DNA of 40,958 nucleotides from Candidatus Thorarchaeota archaeon (GCA_029858305.1 JAOUFI010000014.1:1-40958), one strand, 5' to 3'. Counted from the first letter of the stretch, positions 26,968-37,244 are shown. Numbers and translations are program-made. The notes: generated by a model not told the origin, from the sequence alone.

Positions 26968-27477
26968 ATGTGGCGAAGAATTGTCGAATTCTTTAGAGAT
27001 TCTCCACAAAGGCTCAAGGTAGCTCAAGCAATTGTAAGCCATGGTTTTAGTGTGGATGGGCCCGGTGAGATCAAATGTGGCGAAATTCGAATTCCACTAC
27101 AATGTCTTGGAAATGCTCTCGGAATTGATAGGCGTACAGTTAGAGCAACTACAGAGGATATCTGCACACAGGATGATCTTTGCAGGTTCTTTAAAGAGCT
27201 CAGACCAGCTGGTCCCTCTCTCGAAGGTGTACGAAGAGTTCTAGGATATGGAGTTGTCACGATTTTTGTTGAATCTCCTGAGAATCCGGGGATACTCTCA
27301 GAAGTGACATCAATGATCGCAGGATACGGAATTCCAATACGACAGGTCATTGCTGAGGATGTGGCAATATATCCAGAGCCCTGCCTAAAAGTGATAACAC
27401 AGAATCCACTGCCTGGAAGAGTCATTGAAACTCTTGCAGCAATTAGGGGTGTTCGTAAGGTCATTATAGACAAGTAA
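26968..27477 (+). CDS. archaeal HTH + ACT domain regulator of amino acid metabolism (COG2150-like)
   Basis: 'MW..I...F...P.R..VA', 'ALGIDRRTV' and ACT-like 'PGILSEVTSMIA...I.IRQV'. Confidence 0.85.
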   Translation: MWRRIVEFFRDSPQRLKVAQAIVSHGFSVDGPGEIKCGEIRIPLQCLGNALGIDRRTVRATTEDICTQDDLCRFFKELRPAGPSLEGVRRVLGYGVVTIFVESPENPGILSEVTSMIAGYGIPIRQVIAEDVAIYPEPCLKVITQNPLPGRVIETLAAIRGVRKVIIDK

Positions 27478-27540
27478 ACAATGTCCTAATACCCAAACTT
27501 GAAAAGGATTTTCTTTGGCGAAGAGAAGAGTGTTTTTCAA

Positions 27541-28839
27541 ATGGAGTCAGAACCTGAAACAACGTCATGTGATAAGGCTATTGTAGACGTGGTGCCCGAA
27601 AGTAGTCATGGCGGTATGTACCAGGTTGTGATGTTGGCGATTTCTCTAAGCATCCTCCAGATAGGCTTTGGCTTCGTCACTCCTGTTTTTCCCGTTTACA
27701 TCACCGAGCTTGGTATGGGTGGAATTGAACTTGGAGTTCTAGCTGCTTCGTTTGCCCTCACACGAATTCTGCTTGCTGGTCCTCTCGGGGGTCTCTCAGA
27801 TAGAATAGGTCGCAAGCAAGTTCTCGTCTACTCCTTACTTGGCTTTGCCTTTGCTAATGTGATTTATGCCTTCGCGCAAGATGCTGTCGTTATGATAATA
27901 GCACGAGCATTGGAAGGGGCAGTGTCTGCTGGATTCTTCCCTGCAGCGAACGCCTTTGTTTCAGATATGACTACGCCTAAGAATCGAGGTGCCGCAATGG
28001 GGTATCTGAGCACTGGCAACATGGTTGGTTTTGTAGTAGGTCCGGTTGTTGGTGGAGTACTTGCAGAGTATCTTGGTATTCGTCTACCTTTCATCATAGC
28101 AGCTCTTGCATCACTTCTTACAATGCTACTCCTCTTTGTCCTAATTCAGGAACCAATAAGGAAGTCTACTGAGGATGATCGAAAGCGTCCTAGGATGTCG
28201 TTCAAAGAAGTGCTCTCTCGTGCCTATGTTGCATATGGTGCTCTCGGTGTAGCAATGTTTGCAAATATGTTTGCTATAGGTGTTCTAGAGGTTGCCTTTA
28301 TGCTTGATGCGGTAGCCAGATTCGGAATTGGTCCCCTAGAGATTGGTGGTTTCTTTGGAGTAATTGGCATCTTCATGATTGTCGGCAATATCGTTTTTGG
28401 AAAACTATCTGATATTAGGGGGAGGAAGTGGCTCATTGTGCTTGGAGCAATCATAGGTACTGTATCCATGCTAATGTTTGCTGCAGCAACAGACACGAAC
28501 GCATTCTATCTAGCTGGCGCGGTTCTTTCACTTGGAATGTCAATGCGTGGTCCTGCGATTCAAGCCATGATAGCTGATTTGACGGATCCAAAGGCGTACG
28601 GTAGTGTTATGGGTCTCTTTGGAGCGATTAGCAATAGCGCCTATGTTGTCAGTCCAACTATGAGTGGTTATCTCTTTGATCTTAATGGCGATGCAATTTC
28701 AAGCCTCTTTATAGCTGGAGGCGTTTCTCTTGCCGGTGGACTGGTGGCAGCTATTGGTCTTCCTGGAAATATGTCTCCCACTAGCGAAACAAAAACAGAA
28801 GATGTCTTGGAAACGATAGAAATCCAATTGGATGAGTAG
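27541..28839 (+). CDS. MFS transporter (DHA1/TetA-like)
   Basis: Motif A occurs twice ('GGLSDRIGRK', 'GKLSDIRGRK'), with 12 TM segments. Confidence 0.92.
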   Translation: MESEPETTSCDKAIVDVVPESSHGGMYQVVMLAISLSILQIGFGFVTPVFPVYITELGMGGIELGVLAASFALTRILLAGPLGGLSDRIGRKQVLVYSLLGFAFANVIYAFAQDAVVMIIARALEGAVSAGFFPAANAFVSDMTTPKNRGAAMGYLSTGNMVGFVVGPVVGGVLAEYLGIRLPFIIAALASLLTMLLLFVLIQEPIRKSTEDDRKRPRMSFKEVLSRAYVAYGALGVAMFANMFAIGVLEVAFMLDAVARFGIGPLEIGGFFGVIGIFMIVGNIVFGKLSDIRGRKWLIVLGAIIGTVSMLMFAAATDTNAFYLAGAVLSLGMSMRGPAIQAMIADLTDPKAYGSVMGLFGAISNSAYVVSPTMSGYLFDLNGDAISSLFIAGGVSLAGGLVAAIGLPGNMSPTSETKTEDVLETIEIQLDE

Positions 28840-28843
28840 ATGA

Positions 28844-29695
28844 TCAAACAATTGTAGCTGCTACATAAGCTACAACACTCTTGTTATCACCAGTGACATC
28901 TCCTGAGCTTGTATATTTCAGCAGGTTGAACCTAGTCGCACCACGTTCGTTTGCATATACCAGAGCAGCTGCAATAGGTCCAGCTCCACAAATACTAATA
29001 TGATGGCTCTGGACGAAGTTTAGGAATCCCTTAGGGTCTAGGTACTCAAGATACTCTATTGCCTGATTATCCTTCTTCTTCGCGCTCTCTGCAGTTTCAA
29101 AGTGTGTGAAATCTGAACTTGCAATGACAAGAATATCGTCTTGCTCGGCCAATCTAGCAATTGTCTTCCCTACTGATTCACATATAGCGTAGGATTGATC
29201 AGAAATGCAGATTGGAATGAAACTAACTTCAGGTCCGAAAACATATTGTAAGAAAGGTAATTGCACTTCAATAGAGTGTTCACTACTGTGGGCAATGCAA
29301 TCATAGGTTGCATAATCATTTTGTTCAACAATAGCTGCACCTAATCCACTATCATACTTAGCCTTTCCAAGTGGAGTTGCCCAGTCTTCATTGCAAACAG
29401 CAAGTCGCGCGCCCATGCCTGTGTGATTAGGTCCGAAAATTACGACATGTTCGGGTTTTCCATCCTCGTACAAGTTGAGGTAGGTATGAGCCGCAGGCAT
29501 TCCTGAGTACATATAGCCTGCATGTGGGGCAATGGCAGCTTTAATACTTCTAGTCTTGCCAGTAACTCCTTCAGGCAAGCGTCCAGGACCATGTTTGCCC
29601 ATAAAACAATTCTCAATCCGCTTTATGAGAAGGTCTTCTTTGCCTTCATAGAATCTTCCCGCAACAACAGGCATTCGCGTCATTGGCTCTCCCAT
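28844..29695 (-). CDS. amrB: MEMO1 family protein (AmmeMemoRadiSam protein B)
   Basis: 'R.P.VAGRFY', 'APHAGYMYSG', 'GPNHTG', 'EHSIEVQLPFLQ', 'ASSDFTH' and 'SICG.GP'. The start could be 29683. Confidence 0.95.
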   Translation of the reverse strand: MGEPMTRMPVVAGRFYEGKEDLLIKRIENCFMGKHGPGRLPEGVTGKTRSIKAAIAPHAGYMYSGMPAAHTYLNLYEDGKPEHVVIFGPNHTGMGARLAVCNEDWATPLGKAKYDSGLGAAIVEQNDYATYDCIAHSSEHSIEVQLPFLQYVFGPEVSFIPICISDQSYAICESVGKTIARLAEQDDILVIASSDFTHFETAESAKKKDNQAIEYLEYLDPKGFLNFVQSHHISICGAGPIAAALVYANERGATRFNLLKYTSSGDVTGDNKSVVAYVAATIV

Positions 29696-29744
29696 TGAGA
29701 ATAATAGTCACTCCACGAGAAAAGCCTTTGGTCTACTCTGGAAT

Positions 29745-31055
29745 TCAGGTTTTTAGAGCTTTTTTGATGAATTTTACTGAAGATGGTATCTTCACCTGTT
29801 GGGTGGATTTGTCAGTCATATTTCGAATACTGACCTCGCCCCTCTCAACATCTCGCTCTCCAATGATTACAATCAACTTAGCATTCTTAGCATCCGCTTG
29901 TTCAAGGGATTTCTTGAGAGACCTATCCATGATATCGACTTCGCATGTTATCCCCTCTTTTACTAAGTTTGCTTGAAGTGCCATTGCGTAACGGATTGTT
30001 TCGCGTTTCAATGGAGCAACATACACATCTAATTGGGGGGTTAGTTCTGCTCTAATTCCACGTGCCATCACTAACTCTATCATCCTTCCAATACCGAGGG
30101 AGATGCCAGTCGCAGGAGTAGGTGGTCCGCCAAACTTCTCGATCAGACGGTCATAACGGCCGCCACCAAGAATGGATCCCACATCAGGTTCTCCAAGAAA
30201 CCTTCCTTCGAATACTGGACCTGTATAGTAGTCAAGCCCTCTAGCCAGTGACATATCGAAGATTGTGACGTCTTTAACTCCCGCGTCTTCAAAGATTTCA
30301 GCCATTAGTGTGAGTTCATCGACTCCTTCTATACCAATTTTGGAGCCTGATAGTATCTCTCTAAATTCTTCCAAGGCATCCACGCCAGTGCCTTTGATTG
30401 CGATAGCATCAAGTAGAAAGTCACTTTCTTTTTTCCTAATGCCCCTTGACTTCAATTCATCTAGAACACCATCTCGACCAATCTTGTCAAGTTTGTCTAT
30501 TGCTCTAAAACACTCGAATGAAAGCGTTTCCGAAACTCCAGCCTTCTCAATTAGACCTTTCAGAACTTTACGATTATTTATTTTTATGACATAGTTCTTT
30601 TCGAATACCCTTCTCAAGAATTCTAGAGCAACTAATGTGACCTCGGCATCTGCTGCAGGATTTGCGGTACCGACAATATCCACATCAGCTTGCTCAAACT
30701 CACGATATCTGCCTGCCTGAGGTCTGTCGTATCTCCACGCCTTCCCGATGGCATATCGTTTGAAGGGCTTGGCGAGATGTGGATTCGAGGCTACAATCCT
30801 TGCTAGAGGTACTGTCAGATCGAACCTCAAGCCAACCTCACGGTCACCCTTATCGGTAAACTTGAAAGTTTCAGCCTCCACATCTTCTCCACCTTTTGCG
30901 GACAGCGTTTCCCACAATTCCATTGCAGGAGAGTCCAATGGTTCGTAACCAAATTTCTGGAAGACATCCACTGCAGTAGCGATAAGGTAGTCTCTGACTC
31001 TCATCTCAGTCCCGTAGAGGTCTCTCATACCTCGCACTGTTCTCATGTCACTCAT
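29745..31055 (-). CDS. hisS: histidine--tRNA ligase
   Basis: 'RGMRD', 'LRFDLTVPLAR', 'GRYREFEQ.D.D', 'LARGLDYYTG' and 'GGGRYD'. GGAGG RBS before the ATG at 31055. Confidence 0.97.
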   Translation of the reverse strand: MSDMRTVRGMRDLYGTEMRVRDYLIATAVDVFQKFGYEPLDSPAMELWETLSAKGGEDVEAETFKFTDKGDREVGLRFDLTVPLARIVASNPHLAKPFKRYAIGKAWRYDRPQAGRYREFEQADVDIVGTANPAADAEVTLVALEFLRRVFEKNYVIKINNRKVLKGLIEKAGVSETLSFECFRAIDKLDKIGRDGVLDELKSRGIRKKESDFLLDAIAIKGTGVDALEEFREILSGSKIGIEGVDELTLMAEIFEDAGVKDVTIFDMSLARGLDYYTGPVFEGRFLGEPDVGSILGGGRYDRLIEKFGGPPTPATGISLGIGRMIELVMARGIRAELTPQLDVYVAPLKRETIRYAMALQANLVKEGITCEVDIMDRSLKKSLEQADAKNAKLIVIIGERDVERGEVSIRNMTDKSTQQVKIPSSVKFIKKALKT

Positions 31056-31219
31056 TAATTGTCCTCCAAAACTCATTCCGGCAACAGATGCAGGTGGCGG
31101 GGATATCTCTTATTCTATTGATATTCCTGATGAACAAATCCACCAACTATCATGTTTGTCACCAAGCAATGAAACGAGTATGATGGGTTTAAGTGTTGTG
31201 CTAGATAATCTGCTACTCA

Positions 31220-32536
31220 TTAAATAAAACCTAGCATAAACAATACCAGGTACATTAGTATGAATGATGCGATGATTATCGAGTCTCTGGCGACGATTCT
31301 CACAAGTCTTGTTTGTCTATCTCCTAGATAGACATAGATCATTTTGTTGAGAACAGAGATGATAGTTGCAATGATTATCGCCATGGCTGCTTCAGGATAG
31401 AGAGCAGGATTAAGCATGAATACAGTAGCAGAGCTGGCTACGACTGCACCTGCTGACACAAGTCCTCCAATAATTGCAGCAACAATGAGACCAGTCCCAC
31501 TGTAGGTCTGAGTGAAGAGCAGTTGAATTAAGTATACACCTGAGAAGATTGCTCCAAATCGTAGGGCAGGTCCGAGCTCAAATGGTGATACAAGTTTGAG
31601 GTCATACAGAGCCTTACTAGGCTGTTCATGGTCTCTATTTTCTTGGAACATGCGGATCATGCTCATGATAATTAGAATGGCCATAACTCCAATGTACAAC
31701 CTAAAGAGCCAGAAGGTTCTATCAATAATCAGTAGCAGGAATCCGTTCCTCAGAGACATGGCTATATTTGCTAGATTGACCGATACTGCGATTTTTCCAG
31801 CTCCACGTCTCTCTTCCCTGACATAGAAATCAGTTAGGCTTGATACAGCCGCCTCGCTACTTGCTAGTCCACCAAAGATACCAAAGAAGTAAATCCCTCT
31901 GTCTCTGTACTTCTTTACTAGCAAATAGTTTGCGAATTTGATTGTCAGGAGAATCACAATCAGAACATAGATTTGAAATGCGGGAAACTCGATGATTCCA
32001 ATTTGAATTATCTGTGGGACTAGTGGCCATGCAAAGAGGATTACTACACCAAGTTCGACTGCACTGATCATCTCATCACGCGTGATAACCTCAACTGCGT
32101 GAGCAAGCTCTTCTTTGAAGCCCAGAATTAGAAACACCAAGAACGAAACAGCCATTGCAAATACCGAAAGCATACCAAAGAGTTGACCTGGACTCGGCGT
32201 ATCGAATCCGACAAGCACTCCCAAGACGAATGAAATGGAAAATACAAGTGGTGTTGTCAGACCTTTTCCCATGGTTCTGAAAAGTTTGTAATAGACTTGA
32301 GTCGCAACAAGGATGGTCGATATGACGATTCCATAGACAAGAATCACGGGATTGGATATGAGCTCTGACATGTAGGCGGTCATAGTTCCCAGTAGACTAT
32401 GTAGACCAAATGAGCGTACACCAGCAGTTCTACTTGCCTCTAATTTCTTTTGGCGTTCGAGACCTATTAGAGCTCCAACTACAAAACCTATGAGTGCTTT
32501 CACAATTAAATCCGCACTTGCTAGTAGCTCTTGCAA
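31220..32536 (-). CDS. MgtC/SapB N-terminal + DUF4010 membrane protein
   Basis: 'GALIGLER', 'AGVRSF', 'GLTT', 'GGLASSEA' and 'SPFELGPALRFG'. Confidence 0.88.
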   Translation of the reverse strand: MQELLASADLIVKALIGFVVGALIGLERQKKLEASRTAGVRSFGLHSLLGTMTAYMSELISNPVILVYGIVISTILVATQVYYKLFRTMGKGLTTPLVFSISFVLGVLVGFDTPSPGQLFGMLSVFAMAVSFLVFLILGFKEELAHAVEVITRDEMISAVELGVVILFAWPLVPQIIQIGIIEFPAFQIYVLIVILLTIKFANYLLVKKYRDRGIYFFGIFGGLASSEAAVSSLTDFYVREERRGAGKIAVSVNLANIAMSLRNGFLLLIIDRTFWLFRLYIGVMAILIIMSMIRMFQENRDHEQPSKALYDLKLVSPFELGPALRFGAIFSGVYLIQLLFTQTYSGTGLIVAAIIGGLVSAGAVVASSATVFMLNPALYPEAAMAIIIATIISVLNKMIYVYLGDRQTRLVRIVARDSIIIASFILMYLVLFMLGFI

Positions 32537-32638
32537 ACTCGTTCACCACTGAGACATAAACATCAGGTGTTTTCAACTTTTAAGGCAATGTATGATGAGA
32601 TTCATTTGAACGCAAAGAAAAACAGGAAGAGGCTGGAA

Positions 32639-33304
32639 TCAATCCAACCTCGTATTCTTTAGCAGCACAGAGAGAGGTACGTCATTATACTCTCCAGTGG
32701 GAAGTGATCTTCGGACAGTCATAGGTAATACTCCTGCACGAAGTTCTTCTTCAGCAAATCCAAATCTTCCCATTGGCGTATTACCCACTTCGATCATTAC
32801 CGGTGCTCCCATAGATATCTGAAGTGCACGAGCTCCGATGATTCGAGCCTTCTCGTACTTTGTTAGCCACTTGGGACCAATAGTCACTCCCAAAGCGGCC
32901 TTATCTTCATCATATCCAGTTACTAAGTTCTTTCTCTCTTTTGCGCGGGCTATCTCCTCAATTGGCTCAAGTTCATGTCTATCCGGTTCAGGCTCTGGAG
33001 CCTTCTTCCGTTTTGACTTTGACTTGCCGCTCAGATCAACGACTCCCGTCTCTATCTTTTCTAGAAGAGCAAGGGCTTCGACAATCACACCTTCAGCCTT
33101 TGATTCGCTGAGACCTGCTACTGCTTCTGCAAGCTTTTCTTTCTCAGCGTGAGCCACTTTCTCAATGGAATCATAACCGGCTTGTGCTAGCTTTTCAGCT
33201 GTTTTCGGTCCAACGCCACCGATATTACTAAGGAGAGAGGCTATCTCTTCCATAGTAAGTGACTCTTCAGTCTCACTTTCCTTGTTTTCGGGGTCATCTG
33301 ACAT
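32639..33304 (-). CDS. rpo6: RNA polymerase subunit Rpo6 (K/omega) fused to an N-terminal helix-hairpin-helix domain
   Basis: C-terminal 'LTKYEKARIIGARALQISMGAP...AEEELRAGVLPMTVRR' is Rpo6. N-terminal 'NIGGVGPKTAEKLAQAGYDSIEKVA...VAGLSESKA' is a double HhH. Confidence 0.92.
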   Translation of the reverse strand: MSDDPENKESETEESLTMEEIASLLSNIGGVGPKTAEKLAQAGYDSIEKVAHAEKEKLAEAVAGLSESKAEGVIVEALALLEKIETGVVDLSGKSKSKRKKAPEPEPDRHELEPIEEIARAKERKNLVTGYDEDKAALGVTIGPKWLTKYEKARIIGARALQISMGAPVMIEVGNTPMGRFGFAEEELRAGVLPMTVRRSLPTGEYNDVPLSVLLKNTRLD

Positions 33305-33340
33305 GAGCTACACCTGATTTTGTTTTACGTTTGACTCTTT

Positions 33341-34978
33341 CTATTCGTCGTCGCCGCCTTCATAATCGCCGCCGGGACCGCCACCCGCGCTGGGTGCGCC
33401 TTTTGAGCTGATTACGTCATCGATTTTTAGAATCATTTGAGCTGCTTCTGCTGCTGACATAACAATTTGCTTGTTAACTATTGCTGCTTCTACAACTCTG
33501 GCTTTCTTCATGTCATCGACTTTTCCTGAAATGAGGTTAATTCCATGGAAAGTATGGCCGTCTGTGTGGCTCTTCCTTAGATTAACTATCACATCGATTG
33601 GATCCAATCCTGCGTTTTCAGCGAGAGTGGTTGGTAGTGATTCGACTGCATCTGCAAATGCATTGACTGCATATTGCTCGCGACCCTCTAGGGTTGATGC
33701 ATAGTCTCTGAGTTGTTTGGAAATCTCTGAAGCCAATGCGCCACCACCATAGGTGACTTGTGGATGCATGACCACATCACGTACGACGTACAAAGCATCG
33801 TTGAGTGCACGATCAACCTCATCAACAATATGATCAGTTCCACCGCGAACAAGAAGGGTCACAACGCTTGACTTAGGAGTACCTTCGATGAAGAGCATCT
33901 TGTCATCGCCAACAGTTCTTTGTTCAACGAGCTTGGCTTTGCCTAGGTCTGCTGCAGTTACGTTCTGGATCTTTGATACAATCGCGGCACCAGTGGTCTC
34001 GTGGACTCTCTCGACATCAGATTTCTTAATTCGTCGCACAGCCATGATTCCCTTCTTTGCTAGAAAATGCTGAACAACGTCGTCTATTCCCTTCTGAGCG
34101 ATAACAACATTTGCGCCTGATTCAACAATCTTGTCGACCATATTCTTCAGCATGCGCTCTTCTTCTTGAAGGAAACTCTGCATGCCTGTTGGATCTGTGA
34201 TTGATATCTTTGCATCGAACTCAGTCTTGGTGATCTCAAGAGCTGCCTCTAGAAGGAGTATCTTTGCACTCTCTACCCTCTTTGGCATCCCTGCGTGAAC
34301 GACTTCTTTATCGAGAACGAGTCCCTTCACAAGTTCAGTCTTGTCAATTGACATTCCAACCTGCTTCTGTCGTGGAATGTTCTCAATATCAAGCTCCTCA
34401 TCTTTAGGAAGATCTTTTGCAATAGCAAGTACTGCGTCAACGACGATTTTAGCAAGTGAATCTCGTGAACTTGCAACAAACTTGCTTGACATAGCCGTCT
34501 TTGCTACATCATTAAGGATCTTTTTGTAATCGGATGCAGAAGGATCAACCTGTTCTGCAACAGAGTCAATGACCTCAAGCGCTTTGGTAGCTGCCTTTCT
34601 ATAACCACTTATGATGGTGGTAGGATGTATCTTCTGATCTAGCAGAGTCTCAGCCTGCTTCAGAAGGTCGCCTGTGAGCACAGCAGCTGTGGTTGTGCCA
34701 TCGCCAACCTCCGCATCTACAGTCTTTGCAACCTCAATAACCATCTTTGCAGCGGGATGAGCAACATCCATTTCCTTCAGAATAGTTGCACCATCATTGG
34801 TGACAGTCACATCACCGAAGCTATCGACCAGCATTTTGTCCATGCCTTTTGGTCCAAGAGCGCTCTTGACAGCCTCAGCAATGACAATCGCTGCCATGAT
34901 ATTGTTTCTCTGAGCATCACGACCGCGTGTTCTCTCGGTGTCTTCTCTTAATACAATCACCGGTACTTGTTGACTCAT
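33341..34978 (-). CDS. ths: thermosome (group II chaperonin) subunit
   Basis: '[10 protein letters not shown]', 'TNDGATIL', 'GDGTTT' and 'ILKIDD'. GGAGG RBS before the ATG at 34978. Confidence 0.97.
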   Translation of the reverse strand: MSQQVPVIVLREDTERTRGRDAQRNNIMAAIVIAEAVKSALGPKGMDKMLVDSFGDVTVTNDGATILKEMDVAHPAAKMVIEVAKTVDAEVGDGTTTAAVLTGDLLKQAETLLDQKIHPTTIISGYRKAATKALEVIDSVAEQVDPSASDYKKILNDVAKTAMSSKFVASSRDSLAKIVVDAVLAIAKDLPKDEELDIENIPRQKQVGMSIDKTELVKGLVLDKEVVHAGMPKRVESAKILLLEAALEITKTEFDAKISITDPTGMQSFLQEEERMLKNMVDKIVESGANVVIAQKGIDDVVQHFLAKKGIMAVRRIKKSDVERVHETTGAAIVSKIQNVTAADLGKAKLVEQRTVGDDKMLFIEGTPKSSVVTLLVRGGTDHIVDEVDRALNDALYVVRDVVMHPQVTYGGGALASEISKQLRDYASTLEGREQYAVNAFADAVESLPTTLAENAGLDPIDVIVNLRKSHTDGHTFHGINLISGKVDDMKKARVVEAAIVNKQIVMSAAEAAQMILKIDDVISSKGAPSAGGGPGGDYEGGDDE

Positions 34979-35119
34979 ATTATTTCCTCCATTGACTGGG
35001 AAAGTAGCACTACGATTTCGCACTACTTTTACCAGTTCAAATAAAAGTGTACAAGCGCTTCGCGTTTTTTTTCTTTTTAAACGTTACTTTCAAGCAGTGT
35101 TTTGCCATCCTGTAAATCA

Positions 35120-36037
35120 TTAAGAGACTGGTCTTGGCTGTCGATACACGACATTGTCGCCTTTCTTTGCCATCACTGCTTGTGAGATGTGTGGACATTT
35201 AGCACGTGTGATGTAGTAAGTTTCAACATTTGTCCGTTTCTGGATTTCTGGGAAGGTTTCAATATTTGCTTGCCCTTTCGAAATCACAAGATCACTCTCA
35301 GCGGCAAGCTTTAGAAACTCATCACTCACGTAGTTTAGTGGAACGCCAATCGCCCAGGCCCCACTATCAGCGATTTCCGTAAGATTCTCAATTTCTGTCC
35401 CACGAATATCATCAACCGTTGCATCGTTGACCATTGCTTTGCCTTTCACAATGAAAGAGATTCTCCAGCCCATGCTTCGGATGAGTCGAAGAAGCGGAAT
35501 ATCAAGAATGACTTCTCCAGCATTATCTGCAAGGTAAAGCAATTTTCCCTTCTTCTTATTCAAAGTATTCCAAAGATGCTCTGAATCATTTACCGCAAAA
35601 CCAGCTCTAGAAATATCATCAAACGTTTCAGCTAATTTTTCTAAGTCTGGTTCGTGACCCGCAGTATTGAAATCTATCACATTACCCGTCACGGCTGCTG
35701 CAAGGCAAGCATGGAACCGTTCAATGTTGTCAAGGTCTTCAATTTTCTTTTCAATGAATGGCAACACTTTCAGAGCTGCCTCAGTACTCATCCGCTTTAT
35801 TGCATCATAGGGATCCTGTGCTCCTGCTCTACTATAGAGGTCTTTGTAGACCGCGATGGACACTTGAACCGGTTCTAGATGATTTGCATAACCTTCAGAT
35901 ACAATTCTAAATGCCGAGGCGAAGTACTCTGCCTGCTTTTTGAAATCAGTAGAAAGCAGAGGAATGAGAATCTTCAAACTGCTTACGATACAAGACGCAC
36001 ATTCAGGAACAAGTGGAACTTTGATTTGCTCACTCAT
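35120..36037 (-). CDS. DUF89/ARMT1-like damage-control metal-dependent phosphatase
   Basis: 'ECASC', 'DPY...K', 'GNVIDF', 'LADNAGE...D', 'NDAT', 'SKGQAN.ET' and 'AKC'. The ORF-track extension to 36226 overlaps ard1 and was rejected. Confidence 0.9.
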   Translation of the reverse strand: MSEQIKVPLVPECASCIVSSLKILIPLLSTDFKKQAEYFASAFRIVSEGYANHLEPVQVSIAVYKDLYSRAGAQDPYDAIKRMSTEAALKVLPFIEKKIEDLDNIERFHACLAAAVTGNVIDFNTAGHEPDLEKLAETFDDISRAGFAVNDSEHLWNTLNKKKGKLLYLADNAGEVILDIPLLRLIRSMGWRISFIVKGKAMVNDATVDDIRGTEIENLTEIADSGAWAIGVPLNYVSDEFLKLAAESDLVISKGQANIETFPEIQKRTNVETYYITRAKCPHISQAVMAKKGDNVVYRQPRPVS

Positions 36038-36536
36038 CATATGTTCCTTCCTTGGCAGCTGAGGCCGCTTTGGCAACCATGAGATAGGCATCTTCGCCAT
36101 CACGATAATAGCCTCTGAGGACACGACGGACCTCATAGCCAAGAGATTCATAAATAGAAACTGCCGCTTCGTTGCTCTTTCGTACTTCGAGGAAAAATTC
36201 CACCGCGCCATATTCTTCCATAGCACTCATCCCTGCTTTGATAATTGATGTACCAATACCCTTGTTTCTGTCCGAGGGAAGAACCGCTACTGAAACTATG
36301 TGCCCTTTCTTGACGGGCAGTCTTCCAAATGATGAGATACCTCGTTCAATCCTACACATGATATAGCCTACAATTCTATCATCCGATTCAGCTACTAGGA
36401 ATGCTTTGGGAGCATGATAATACAAACCTAAGAAAAACTGATCCGGATAATTCTCAGGAAGACATTCTTTGTTTATAAGGACTACATTTTGTATGTCCTC
36501 AGTGCTAAATTGTCGGATGCTATAAGCCTCGGTCAT
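36030..36536 (-). CDS. ard1: N-terminal acetyltransferase, Ard1/Naa10 (RimI-like) type
   Basis: 'CLPENY', 'VGYIMCRIE', 'GHIVSVAV', 'LEVRKSN..A..IY' and 'YY.DGEDAY.M'. Confidence 0.9.
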   Translation of the reverse strand: MTEAYSIRQFSTEDIQNVVLINKECLPENYPDQFFLGLYYHAPKAFLVAESDDRIVGYIMCRIERGISSFGRLPVKKGHIVSVAVLPSDRNKGIGTSIIKAGMSAMEEYGAVEFFLEVRKSNEAAVSIYESLGYEVRRVLRGYYRDGEDAYLMVAKAASAAKEGTYDE

Positions 36537-36674
36537 GCATCATACACTCGATTGTTTCTGCTCAAAAGGTGCATCTAATACTTCTTTTATCAGTTATGAA
36601 AGGTTTCAACTCTTTCAACTCTCGTTTTAGCTCCTGACCTAAAGCTTATCTTGGATTCATTTCGACGAAACATC

Positions 36675-37244
36675 ATGCCCGCGATAGTGATTGGTGGAAC
36701 ACCTGGAACTGGAAAAACAAAGGTTGCCAAGATAGTGGGAAGTCGGCTCACTGTAGAAACAATATCACTCGGTGACCTTGCAGAAAAAGAGGGGTGTATT
36801 TCCGCTCAGGACAAAGCAAGGGACACGGGTATCATCAACGAGGACTGTCTTGTTGAGGCAATTCTTGATATTGTAGATGATAAGAGTAAAAGAATCGTTA
36901 TTGAAGGTCATTATGTCGATCTTGTTCCCTACGGAACTGTCGAAATAGCTATTATTCTAAGAACTCACCCTGAAACACTAAGGGAACGACTGAAAGAGCG
37001 TGGATATTCAAAAGCGAAAGTAGACGAAAACGTTGAGGCGGAAGTGCTTGGAGTTTGTCAACTTGATGCTCTTGATGCCTTTGGTGAAGAGAAGGTATAT
37101 GAGATTGATACTACCAATCTATCTCCAACCGAAGTTGCATTGATGATTGAAGAACTACTAAAGACTGATACTACACCTATCCGAATAGATTGGATGGAAA
37201 CTTTGGAAGCCGAGGGTAGGTTGGACGAGTTTCTCAGTGACTAA
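36675..37244 (+). CDS. AK6/Fap7-type adenylate kinase
   Basis: 'GTPGTGKT', hhhEGH motif 'IVIEGH', and 'LRT.P..L..RL..RGY...KV.EN..AE'. Confidence 0.92.
   Translation: MPAIVIGGTPGTGKTKVAKIVGSRLTVETISLGDLAEKEGCISAQDKARDTGIINEDCLVEAILDIVDDKSKRIVIEGHYVDLVPYGTVEIAIILRTHPETLRERLKERGYSKAKVDENVEAEVLGVCQLDALDAFGEEKVYEIDTTNLSPTEVALMIEELLKTDTTPIRIDWMETLEAEGRLDEFLSD

Noticed and set aside
31110-31220. 36-codon minus-strand ORF (MSSRLSSTT...) overlapping the DUF4010 stop, upstream of hisS; possible leader peptide
   Set aside because: It has only one His codon, no recognisable motif and no attenuator-like structure; probably chance.
33341-34978. Linking the chaperonin to the gelsolin cluster (CCT folds actin)
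   Set aside because: They are about 20 kb apart with many unrelated genes between them.
36604-36621. Tandem TTTCAACTC x2 in the ard1/AK6 divergent intergenic region
   Set aside because: Only two short copies with no spacers; not CRISPR-like, and function cannot be supported.
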